Shown here: in pieces, positions 47,701 through 55,507 of the stretch
Numbering within the stretch: position 1 is the stretch's first letter
How the letters are laid out: each line of letters begins with the position of its first letter
IMG/VR virus record: IMGVR_UViG_3300043427_001796
DNA: 64,000 bases
From: a virus
Strand: one strand, 5' to 3'
Notes under the pieces: generated by a model
Database searches by the model: none
What the model saw: the letters and a program-made list of their open reading frames with translations, nothing else
What the model was told of the DNA's origin: nothing
Made by a program: the position numbers and the translations under genes

Positions 47701-50700
47701 TCAACTATAACATTTGCATCGGCTCCTCTAGGAGAAAGAATTTCTGAAGGTCAGTCTTTACAATCCGATCCATTTATCGGAAGAGTTTTTGGATACAGAA
47801 CCGAAGAAGATAATCAAAAATATTTTAAAAAGATAAAAAATATTTTCCAAAGAAGTGGAATATGGTTGGATGCTGCCAATCAAATACATTTCAATAGAAA
47901 TTTTATTGTTGAGGAAACATTTGGATATTTAAATAATAAGTATCCAAATCTTGAATTTAATACAGAAAAGTGCAAAAGAGACATTGGATATATTATAGAT
48001 TCGTTTGAACACGATTTAAGATTTGGCGGAAATTTAAAAACTGTCACATCTGGAAATTTTTACTTTAATGCTGCAGAAGAACTTCAATTTATTAATGATG
48101 AATTAGAAGAAACAAAAGATGCTTATAAGTATGCAGCAAAATTATGTGCCGCAGCTATCAGAAATTGGGATGTGGCATTTATTGATGATCCAAATACATT
48201 AGATCCTGAATTTGAAGTTATAGTTTCCGCCAATAGTGATGTTATTACTGTTCCATCTACTTTTGGAATTGTTGAGGGAATGTATGTTAGTTCTGGATCT
48301 CAATTTCCATCTGGAACTAAAGTGATAGAAATTATGAATGATACTAATGTCAGAGTTAGTTCAAATTCCTTTGCTAACATAACAGACGAAGAAGTATTTG
48401 TATTTGACATTCCCATTGGTCAAGTGGTATTGCCACCTGTAGGAAGCACTGAGGTTGAGTTCAATTATAATGGCGTTATTATACAAACAGACGCAGAACT
48501 GATAGTTTCTGATGGCATAACGGTTTCGATTACAGCACAAATTGCTAAATTGAGGCAAGTTAGATTTTCATTGAGTAGAATTAATACTGGAAAATATGTA
48601 GACGCATCGAATTTAATTTATGTCAACCGTGAATACATAATTGACGAAACCATTTCATATATTAATTTAACTTATCCGGGATTTTCATATCCAAGTGAGA
48701 AAAAATGCAGGAGAGATATTGGGCATTTAATTGACGCAGTAATTTATCATCTTAGATATGGTGGCAATAATAGACTAGTTGATTATGCAGAAAAATACTA
48801 TTTTGCAAATAAATTAAATTACATTAATGAAGAACTAACTCAAACTGTAGTTGCCTTTGAGTATTCTATTGCCTTAATGTTGGATGCTATAGAGAATCCA
48901 GGATCTCCTTTCCAGACAGTAAATTATGTTGTGGCATCAGACGATGTAAATCCACTAGATTTATGCATCGAAGTTAAGTCAACTATTAATGCGTATAGAG
49001 ATCTTTATACCTTTATTTTAGAAAATGGACCTAATTTAATTGAAAGAAATTTTGGAGAGGTTCAGAAGTCTGGAAATTATACAGAATTGTTAACTTTTTC
49101 AAATTATAATTTAATCGATGACGAAGAGTTACAATTATCGACTCAAATTAATGGTGTTTGGTTTGCTTCAGAATGTGCAAATGTTATTTCCAGTCTTTAC
49201 AATTTACAGCAATCTTTAGATCAAATTTTAACTTCTGGAGTTGATTCTGTAGATATCTCTGGTCCAGATTATTTTAACGGTGAAACAAAGCAGTTTGAAT
49301 TATATACAGATTCAAATGCTATACTAAAAACAGATCCAGACGAAAATTTATTAATTTTCATAAATGGAGTTTTACAAAGAACGACATCTTATAAAATTTT
49401 AAGATCGGAAAATCCACAACAAACTGATATTATTGAATTTACTGAGGCACCAAGATGGGATCAAAATGAAGCACAATTATTATTGAACCAGGGGACTGCA
49501 GTTGATTATTTTTATGGGTTCTCAATTGGAAATTATCAAAGAAGAACCATAGATAAAACTTATTTTAAATATGAATCTAGTTATAGAATTGTTTCCGAAA
49601 ATGGATATTCTATTGATCCAATATTTGATTCTAGATTCCATTTAGTTTTCGTTGATGGAGTTTTGCAAAGAAACAAAATTGATTATAATATCGATCAAAC
49701 TAGAATAATATTTAAAGAGAAATTAAATTACTATACTCCAGCAACTGGAGAAAACTTACTTTCAAATGTTGACATCATTTCTTTCTCTGGTGAAAAAAAT
49801 AAAGATACTTTTATAGGATTTGATTTTCAACCAGGATCTTATTCATTAACAGCAACATTTGATGTTTATGATGACGATAATTCACAAGATAACATTTACG
49901 AAATTATTACCCAGTGGAATGCTCCTTCTAGGTCTTATCCTATAGACATTATTGACGAATATGGTCCTGTTGGACGAGTATTGAATTATGTTCAAGTAAA
50001 TTCTCCTTACTCAGGCGTAAGATTTACAATCATTACCGATGTAATTAGAGAAGTTATACAAGAATCAATAACATTACGTAAAGATTTGCCTTATGTAAAC
50101 GACATTACGCTATCAATTGCTGCTCCTTTAATAATAAGTGGAAATTTTGTAGTTCCTGGACCTGGAGAATATATTGTTGGCGCAATAAATGTAACATCAG
50201 GGTCTACCGTGACTGTTCCTGAAGATACAACTCTTATCTCTATATCTAATATCACAGATGTAAATTATGAGACAAACAATGATGGAGAAAAAATTCTTAG
50301 AAGAGCAAACGCTGTTCATATTCATGATGATAGAAGAATCGCAAATAAAAACTGGAGAATTCTTAACAAATTAACAGCTAATATATTGGAAGGTGATAAG
50401 ATAAAAGTTGATGGTGAAGAAGAATACAGAGATGTATTAAAATTACCTGACATAGTAAAAACTACTCAAAATAATTTATATACGCCAGTATCCAAAAAAA
50501 CATATGGTAATATTATAACTTCTGTATCAGATAAGAAGCCTAAAGGTAGTGGTCTTAGAATTAACCCCATATTGGATTCGCAAGGAAGAATTGTTTCTTT
50601 AGATTATGGAAAAGATGACTACATAAGATCAAAATTATTAAATCTTCCATCCAGAAAAATTGGACTATATCCAAAAGAAATTTATGTAGACTTTTTATCT

Positions 50701-52704
50701 GCAGATGGAAACGGAGGCGGAGCTTTTGCAAAGGCTTTCATTCTGAATAACGAAATTATAAGTGTTGAGATCGTTAGTAGTGGATTTGGGTATACAAGTC
50801 CACCGATACCTTATGTTTCTAGAGGATATGATATTATCAAATCTCATAGAAATGCTTCATCTACATTTAAAAAGGAAAGGAATATTATAATTCCATTTAC
50901 TTTGAGTGTAGATAAACAAATTGAGGTTATTGATCCAAGCCTAATCTTCAACGCTCCTTCTTTCCTTTCTGTTGGTTTGCCAGAAGATATTCTGGAATAT
51001 ACCACTACATTAGGATTTGAAGTATCGACAAGAACTGCTGGTGAACTTACTATAATTGCAATTCCTCAAGAACTTGTTAAGACATATCCAGATTATGTTG
51101 TATCATTTGATCCTTCAGTATTAGTTAATGAGACTTTATGGACTTTACCATCTGAATATAGTGTTTCTATTGGAGCATCACAATCTACCAATTCTGAAGT
51201 AACATACACTACAGAATTTTCTGTTTCTATTGGCGAATCTCTAAGATTCCCAGAAAATATCAATCAATTGGCAACACTTGTCAATATTGATTTCCTCGAC
51301 ACAGATACGGTGTTGTATGTTACATCAACATCCGGTTTTGATGATTTTGGTTATCTGCAAGTAGGAACAGAAGTTGTCAAATATACTGATAAGCAAGCTG
51401 ATAGATTCTTTATTACGGAAAGGGGAGTATTTGGAACATCCACACCTGCAATTCATCCAATTGGAACTTTTGTATCCACGTTCCTACCAAATATAAACGC
51501 CAATAGTGCAACGTTTAATTATATTGAAGTAGATGATATTTTTGATACCCCTATTCATGCTGGGACAGAAATTTACAGTATTGCCCAAACAAATATAGCA
51601 CAAAATGTTGATTTTGTTACTGCGGATGATACAGTAATTAATTATTATCTACAACCAGAAATTTATATTCAAACTAATAGATTTGAATCTGAATTAACAA
51701 TAAATTACATCTCTCAGATTCCAATCACAGATTTAACAATCCTAGTTGAAAATGCTGAGGTTTCTCTGTTTACATCTACAGAATCTATAGAGGATGTAGT
51801 TATACTGAATGCATCTATGTCGAATTTTGCCGACACATCTGTAAATATAACGACACAAGCATTTATTGAATACACTACTGCAAATATAGATTCCTATGAT
51901 CAAATAACAAATACTATACAATCTTACGAAATATTTGATGTCGTAGATACAACGCCAGCAGAATTTGCAATACTCTTCAACACAGAATCTGATCAAAATC
52001 TTTCCATTGCTAATGTAAACCGTGAAACACAATCTCAAATTGTATTCAATGGAAATATTACCCTATCAAATATCAGTGACCAATTATCATTATTCTTTGA
52101 AACTCCATCTTCTATAGAGCAACTGTCTGCTAATATAATAGAAAGTGATAGTGAGATTTTACAAATATTTGATCAACCAGTAAATAGTGAAATTAATGTA
52201 AGCGAGATAATCCTCGGTAGTGTTGATGTCATTTCACAAATTATATTTACCCCATTTGACATTGAAATAAATCCAGGAAGTTCCTTAAATATTGTTGATA
52301 GGGAAATTTCCGAACAACTTACAAATAGGTCATATGAATATGGAGAGATACTAAATGAAGTTGAAATTATTTCTAAACTAGATATTAATATAGAATATGG
52401 TAACATTGAGAGTATTATTGACGTAATTAATGTTGTAGATAATTCTTCAATTAATGAATTTACTGCTGTTATTAATGTAGGAAATAATTTAAATATTATT
52501 CAGCAAGAAATTCGTAAGCAACCCGAAGATTTACTTCCAGAATACGGAAATATAAATGATACAGTTGAAATTACTAGTATACTAGATATTAATAGAGAAT
52601 ATGGAAATATTGAGAGCAATATGAATATTACCACTAGACTTGATCGTGCTGCCATTGATGAATTTAATGAGACTATTAATGTAGGAGATATCGAGACAAA
52701 CTAA
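41716..52704 (+). CDS. gp7: giant baseplate wedge initiator (gp7-like, 3662 aa) with YHYH-type, phycobiliprotein-like and acidic repeat regions
   Basis: Position between gp6 and gp8; QLPEF...FLEKYY, FYRSKGS, DSYFYQDYSYVIRS...VHPAGFQLFGE. Confidence 0.85.
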   Translation: MTIKLSSLVRRQLPEFISTHYSTFASFLEKYYESLEITGQPLDILSNIANYYDINFYEKNLLQKGTNLSSFVSVNDDEIELDDAIAFPEEYGYVKIDNEICFYTKKEGNTLTGVYRGISASTKLGDLYNKSEFVSSNSENHAVGTYVQNISNLFLFAILKSFEAQYLSSIPEKYLNEKIDKRTLIKNITDFYRSKGSEKSIQFIFNSLVSTDPSDKATIRRPSDLTLRSSDSNWITSYRIKIDVISGNPKNLIGKVLEQSDPYAYAVIESVDVSNKFTDLIIDPTSIVSEFKYYGYTELLSPISSLDQQNFKIEVVSTSAWKSADKSLYIGNEEFDIVEKNVNQFTIKSRSGTSSFSPGSIVYLQKPYEVNGVKFNITGSIYNLRPKTKNPYSVKGDPILQSKFAKSSIDPIVYDASSSSYRWIENQNRERPVIPTLSNLQNQLSSVNANVSAILDDETYFYICSSGYPSYPILADTMLSGNQSLSENNYLKLVRKSPIFSPEIYETNSYDVGIFVDGTLAYSKKSDSFVRTGPIVKTNLINKGFGYKNPPIVLVNGSASKAVAILSGNVVSEIKILTTQSYKKTPSIFITSGRNAALKAVVTNGKLTSIVIENPGEYYVSPPQIIVRDLNGRGKFAECEAVVSNSGKIIGVNIINQGKNYSSNSIVIDVIPQGRDAEAEVEIEKWYYNRYNEIQENNIDYNGGSLVNKKFESKKTYAIVSNPKRLRYSIGDNISSILAEQPTEHSKILGFAYDGYPIYGPYAYQNPLDSESSIVRMNSGYVLNNSRTNGPSIVTHPLGIFDKDYTWVPNLNSGKTFLDQNNGRYCVTPEYPNGTYAYFVTIDSGGEPEYPYIIGKNYYGIPVDSNYNQPITQNDIPSSAKLLDFSSYVNNGINFSALVSEVEKGSIDGFTIDDVNSLHNPGNLLFVNNDGTGGEGFVGSVESVLGENVSYINSKNSVSVLSANSNVYLFDGYNLQEQNTSRVGKIVGDVLFDNTIILEEISDTFDGEEKFDMRDPDTGEIIKILNIFLSKNSTFTANATVSLTDGFNRPDSVVAVGTILESASNQNVLKVLVESGDFSLGIENDALFLQSSVSSDDVGTGIVVLNSLSENIEILNFKYNFAIVKTENPHNLAIGDNVNVSINPDDSSTQKTFFVRKRLFQELKLRDRKIKAKLRDTGIGKFSILSSGTFRSSGTYTTTLGNASVQVVITNNTVSNITILDKGSDFVEDQQLRFDAVLVPDPLDASKQVFLTDFGVYMEKNSVFVCRVDHAGFGIGNTEMKLSIVENISNDDLLSIGKEIVKVLNVDYANKLVSVQRAQNGTIALEHFDGADVSFYDFSYRFNRDSFIPELGTNPTSSPKVYSYDRNSNVLVLYYQYGASLSSTIDISLSNFFKDESFERKDVLISSVGEKKFKLEFSEDNEDNFVVNPNINIQNYYKYIFKTGHPSMYQTYLDFSPSLKYNLITQEKIVGDADPGTNSPNSFVSLKFGFGPALETNTYTSKVLNRFSNYYYFIVASGVTTDNAKLSVVEDPLTGSKNVAYVTSNKFLYELNATPQENGSGEIFYSTSSQNALGLINSLKVNNSGKNYADIPVVIGVEPARSRKALLTAVMNLSGGVDSFIINDSGVGYINPKIILDGDGSQGIFQIALNQNGGVISVKILNGGLGYTKIPKVYVIEDSNKIYLTSKNIGIPKTIEITSSGNNFTTDTTTLPNFTSTYAVLLSDIGDASFSPGRIVNQYDNFNNLIFSGKVSKNGLKRGSNIVRFEQVFGDISKNYPLNGAKIIAILYTNYESEIRSFYDKSGYFGSEKGFTSSVNSNITDSYFYQDYSYVIRSKTPIEIWRSLIKDVVHPAGFQLFGEVVIEANTGIVGQTTQQTLTPIVLTINTGVQSAITINTRTQVTETILSVSDTNVQRGVGRLHFSEFYDDSNIAKEIYLSPNFDGYIDPDNNIQLGTKTFNILDTKSNQPVFPYDENSVIVSLSGVIQEPKVSYTIEGSTITFASAPLGERISEGQSLQSDPFIGRVFGYRTEEDNQKYFKKIKNIFQRSGIWLDAANQIHFNRNFIVEETFGYLNNKYPNLEFNTEKCKRDIGYIIDSFEHDLRFGGNLKTVTSGNFYFNAAEELQFINDELEETKDAYKYAAKLCAAAIRNWDVAFIDDPNTLDPEFEVIVSANSDVITVPSTFGIVEGMYVSSGSQFPSGTKVIEIMNDTNVRVSSNSFANITDEEVFVFDIPIGQVVLPPVGSTEVEFNYNGVIIQTDAELIVSDGITVSITAQIAKLRQVRFSLSRINTGKYVDASNLIYVNREYIIDETISYINLTYPGFSYPSEKKCRRDIGHLIDAVIYHLRYGGNNRLVDYAEKYYFANKLNYINEELTQTVVAFEYSIALMLDAIENPGSPFQTVNYVVASDDVNPLDLCIEVKSTINAYRDLYTFILENGPNLIERNFGEVQKSGNYTELLTFSNYNLIDDEELQLSTQINGVWFASECANVISSLYNLQQSLDQILTSGVDSVDISGPDYFNGETKQFELYTDSNAILKTDPDENLLIFINGVLQRTTSYKILRSENPQQTDIIEFTEAPRWDQNEAQLLLNQGTAVDYFYGFSIGNYQRRTIDKTYFKYESSYRIVSENGYSIDPIFDSRFHLVFVDGVLQRNKIDYNIDQTRIIFKEKLNYYTPATGENLLSNVDIISFSGEKNKDTFIGFDFQPGSYSLTATFDVYDDDNSQDNIYEIITQWNAPSRSYPIDIIDEYGPVGRVLNYVQVNSPYSGVRFTIITDVIREVIQESITLRKDLPYVNDITLSIAAPLIISGNFVVPGPGEYIVGAINVTSGSTVTVPEDTTLISISNITDVNYETNNDGEKILRRANAVHIHDDRRIANKNWRILNKLTANILEGDKIKVDGEEEYRDVLKLPDIVKTTQNNLYTPVSKKTYGNIITSVSDKKPKGSGLRINPILDSQGRIVSLDYGKDDYIRSKLLNLPSRKIGLYPKEIYVDFLSADGNGGGAFAKAFILNNEIISVEIVSSGFGYTSPPIPYVSRGYDIIKSHRNASSTFKKERNIIIPFTLSVDKQIEVIDPSLIFNAPSFLSVGLPEDILEYTTTLGFEVSTRTAGELTIIAIPQELVKTYPDYVVSFDPSVLVNETLWTLPSEYSVSIGASQSTNSEVTYTTEFSVSIGESLRFPENINQLATLVNIDFLDTDTVLYVTSTSGFDDFGYLQVGTEVVKYTDKQADRFFITERGVFGTSTPAIHPIGTFVSTFLPNINANSATFNYIEVDDIFDTPIHAGTEIYSIAQTNIAQNVDFVTADDTVINYYLQPEIYIQTNRFESELTINYISQIPITDLTILVENAEVSLFTSTESIEDVVILNASMSNFADTSVNITTQAFIEYTTANIDSYDQITNTIQSYEIFDVVDTTPAEFAILFNTESDQNLSIANVNRETQSQIVFNGNITLSNISDQLSLFFETPSSIEQLSANIIESDSEILQIFDQPVNSEINVSEIILGSVDVISQIIFTPFDIEINPGSSLNIVDREISEQLTNRSYEYGEILNEVEIISKLDINIEYGNIESIIDVINVVDNSSINEFTAVINVGNNLNIIQQEIRKQPEDLLPEYGNINDTVEITSILDINREYGNIESNMNITTRLDRAAIDEFNETINVGDIETN

Positions 52705-53288
52705 TGGCATTCTTTCCTCTTTCCAAACCAATACAGGTTTTATTATTTGATGGAACTTTAATTGGAGTAAATAATTTATACTATTATTCTCCAATACTTG
52801 ATACATACACAACTGGACCAAGTATTGGTAATTGGGAATCTTTCGATCTGGAACATAATTGTGAGTCGGGAACAATAAGATTTCAATCCTCAAAAGATAT
52901 CAATTTAGATTCAAATCCTCCATTATTGTATATCTCTCCAGTATCAATATTTGATCAAGATTCAACTTTAACATTAGAAACTTTCTTTTCTAGACCAAAA
53001 TCTATAATAGATATCAAAAATACTAAATTAACTGGCATAGTATTGCCATCAATTAATTTATCTGGTGCCTTATTTGATACATTTACATCACCAACTATAT
53101 TGAGAGTTCAAGGATCAAATAATCCTTTACAAAAATTTCCATCATCTGGTAAAATTCTCATAAATAAAGAAGTTATTTCTTACACAGGAAAAACATCAAA
53201 TACTTTGACAGGTGTAATCAGAGCGCAAGATGGAACGGTTTCGACAACTCACGCATCTGGTTCATATCTTAGAACGGTGACTATTTAA
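52704..53288 (+). CDS. virion protein, possibly a split-off gp7 C-terminal domain
   Basis: FPSSG.I.INKEVISYTGKT...LTGV.R...T....H repeat also seen within the gp7-like protein; TAATG coupling. Confidence 0.7.
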   Translation: MAFFPLSKPIQVLLFDGTLIGVNNLYYYSPILDTYTTGPSIGNWESFDLEHNCESGTIRFQSSKDINLDSNPPLLYISPVSIFDQDSTLTLETFFSRPKSIIDIKNTKLTGIVLPSINLSGALFDTFTSPTILRVQGSNNPLQKFPSSGKILINKEVISYTGKTSNTLTGVIRAQDGTVSTTHASGSYLRTVTI

Positions 53289-53299
53289 ATAAAAACTAT

Positions 53300-53307
53300 T
53301 ATAAATA
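53300..53307 (+). promoter_or_regulatory. late promoter TATAAATA
   Basis: Exact consensus upstream of gp8. Confidence 0.85.
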
Positions 53308-53344
53308 AAAAAAGTTAAACCCCTCCAAACCAACGAGAGACAAA

Positions 53345-55444
53345 ATGGCTGATACTGCTTTAATTACGGATAAGTTTAGAGTTTATAACGCTAAACAATT
53401 TCTAGAATCTTTCGATGAGACAGCATCGACAAACCATTTCTTCTTTGTCGGAAAATCTGCAAATTGGCAGACATTGATTGAATACTATCAATATGACAGT
53501 AATAATGGTGCTAATGAAGTTACGGTTGGAGATCCTATCAGTATTGAAACTCTGTCTGGATACCCAACAACAACTCATGCAACAGTAACTGCAGTGTTGG
53601 ACGGAGCAATTCTGGTGACTGGTTTGGATCCTGCCGCTCTCACAACTCTAAAGTTTGGTTTAAATTTCAGCTGGGATGGTGCTGGTGGTAACGGGGACGC
53701 AAAAATTCTAAAAATTAGACCAGCAACAGAAGACGAACCACTTCGTCCACTCGATAATCTTGAAGAGAAGTATAATTATTATAGAGAGATTATCGCTGCA
53801 AAGAGAATTTATAACGATAAACTTGGAGAAGGAGTAGGAACCTCTCCAGATGGAAGTTTTGTAAGACCTGTTGTTAACAGACTTGATTATGGAAAGAATG
53901 CTGACATTGGTTTCACAGATCGCGTAGAACCATATGACATGTGGCGTCATAATTACGCCAACACAAACAATTTCAAGAGACTATCACAAGAATCTGGTCT
54001 GTGGCAAGGAACAGCATCAACTTCAAATCTGGAAATGATTGTTAGATGCCCAGATTACTCCGTTTGGATGTGTATTGACAATAATAGACAAGCTAATGGA
54101 GATGGAGCTACTCCAGACCTCTTTAATGGTCCTTCTACTTCCAGTCCAACACAGCTTCCAGAAGCGGTTGGATATTGTTCTCTAAATGGTGTATATACAA
54201 CTACTAATGGTTATAAGTGGAAGTATCTTTACACTCTATCAATCGAAGAAGTTCTAAGATTCCAATCACAGAAGTTTATTCCTGTGGCACCTTTTGCTGG
54301 TGTTTCTGTTGTTGGACCAGAAGTAGTTACAATTCTTCGTGGTGGAACTGGATATCTTGGTGGCGGAAGTGGCGAACTTTATGCTCCAATCAATGGTGAT
54401 GGTCAGATTAGCGATACTGAAATGAAGATCGCTAAACTCACAATTACAAATGGTGTTATTACAAAAGCTCGTGTTCTTACTACTGGTGGGACAACTCCAG
54501 AAACAACTAAGACACCTACCGAATACTCATTTGCAAAGGTTAAATTAGTTCCAGGTGCTGCTTTAGCAGTTCCAGATGGACAAAAGTATGGTCTATACAA
54601 AAATGCCACTTTAACAACTCTCGCAGTTTTAAACACTGACGTTCCTGCTAACGTATTAAACAGAGGAGATGTTGAGGTTGTAATTCCACCTCAAGGTGGA
54701 TATGGTGCATCGGGTAATGTTGGAACAGAAGGTTTTGGCAAATTTATTGAGCAACTCAATGCAAAGAGAGTTATGTGCAATATTCGCCTAACCTTTGCTG
54801 AAGGCGCAGGAGATTTCCCTGTAACCAACGACTTTAGAAGAATTGGTCTACTAAGAGATCCTCTTGCTTTTGATGGTGCTGGCGGTGCAGTAATTGATAA
54901 CACAGACGCTCCTGCTTATGATACAGCTCGTCAAACATATGCTTTAGCATTTAATACTGGAGCTGGAAATACCTATGTTGGTAATTTTACAGTTGATGAA
55001 ACAATTACTCAGACACTTACTCTAACTGGTGGACTTAGTGTTCAAGCAAAAGCAATTGTTACAGAATGGATTCCCAATGATGATGCTGATCCAACTGCTG
55101 GTGGTATTTTAAGATATTATCAAGATCCAGCACTTCACTCAGCAACAAATGGAAAGGTATATCCATTCTATACTGGAGCCTCAGGTGCTGTAACTGCAGT
55201 TAGTGGTCTTACTGGATCAACTAGCGGTTCACATGGATCAAATGCTCCTGACTTTGCTACAGGAAATACAGCATACAGCGCAACTGCTTTAGGTTTAACT
55301 GTAGATTCTGTTGCATTAACTGCAAAAGATCTATATCCTGAACTTCAACCATATAGTGGAGAAATCATCTATGTTGAAAATAGAAGATTAATTACTCGCG
55401 CTATTGACCAAATTGAAGATATTAAACTAGTTATTGAATTCTGA
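53345..55444 (+). CDS. gp8: baseplate wedge subunit gp8
   Basis: ITDKFRVYNA..F, GYKWKYLYT, NDFRRIGL, SGEIIYVENR..I.R..DQIEDIKLVIEF. Confidence 0.92.
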   Translation: MADTALITDKFRVYNAKQFLESFDETASTNHFFFVGKSANWQTLIEYYQYDSNNGANEVTVGDPISIETLSGYPTTTHATVTAVLDGAILVTGLDPAALTTLKFGLNFSWDGAGGNGDAKILKIRPATEDEPLRPLDNLEEKYNYYREIIAAKRIYNDKLGEGVGTSPDGSFVRPVVNRLDYGKNADIGFTDRVEPYDMWRHNYANTNNFKRLSQESGLWQGTASTSNLEMIVRCPDYSVWMCIDNNRQANGDGATPDLFNGPSTSSPTQLPEAVGYCSLNGVYTTTNGYKWKYLYTLSIEEVLRFQSQKFIPVAPFAGVSVVGPEVVTILRGGTGYLGGGSGELYAPINGDGQISDTEMKIAKLTITNGVITKARVLTTGGTTPETTKTPTEYSFAKVKLVPGAALAVPDGQKYGLYKNATLTTLAVLNTDVPANVLNRGDVEVVIPPQGGYGASGNVGTEGFGKFIEQLNAKRVMCNIRLTFAEGAGDFPVTNDFRRIGLLRDPLAFDGAGGAVIDNTDAPAYDTARQTYALAFNTGAGNTYVGNFTVDETITQTLTLTGGLSVQAKAIVTEWIPNDDADPTAGGILRYYQDPALHSATNGKVYPFYTGASGAVTAVSGLTGSTSGSHGSNAPDFATGNTAYSATALGLTVDSVALTAKDLYPELQPYSGEIIYVENRRLITRAIDQIEDIKLVIEF

Positions 55445-55464
55445 TAATACCCGAATTTCTTGAC

Positions 55465-55472
55465 TATAAATA
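55465..55472 (+). promoter_or_regulatory. late promoter TATAAATA
   Basis: Exact consensus upstream of the VrlC-like gene. Confidence 0.85.
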
Positions 55473-55507
55473 AGGTTAGGAACTTAAGTGCGTAACAACA
55501 ATTTAAT

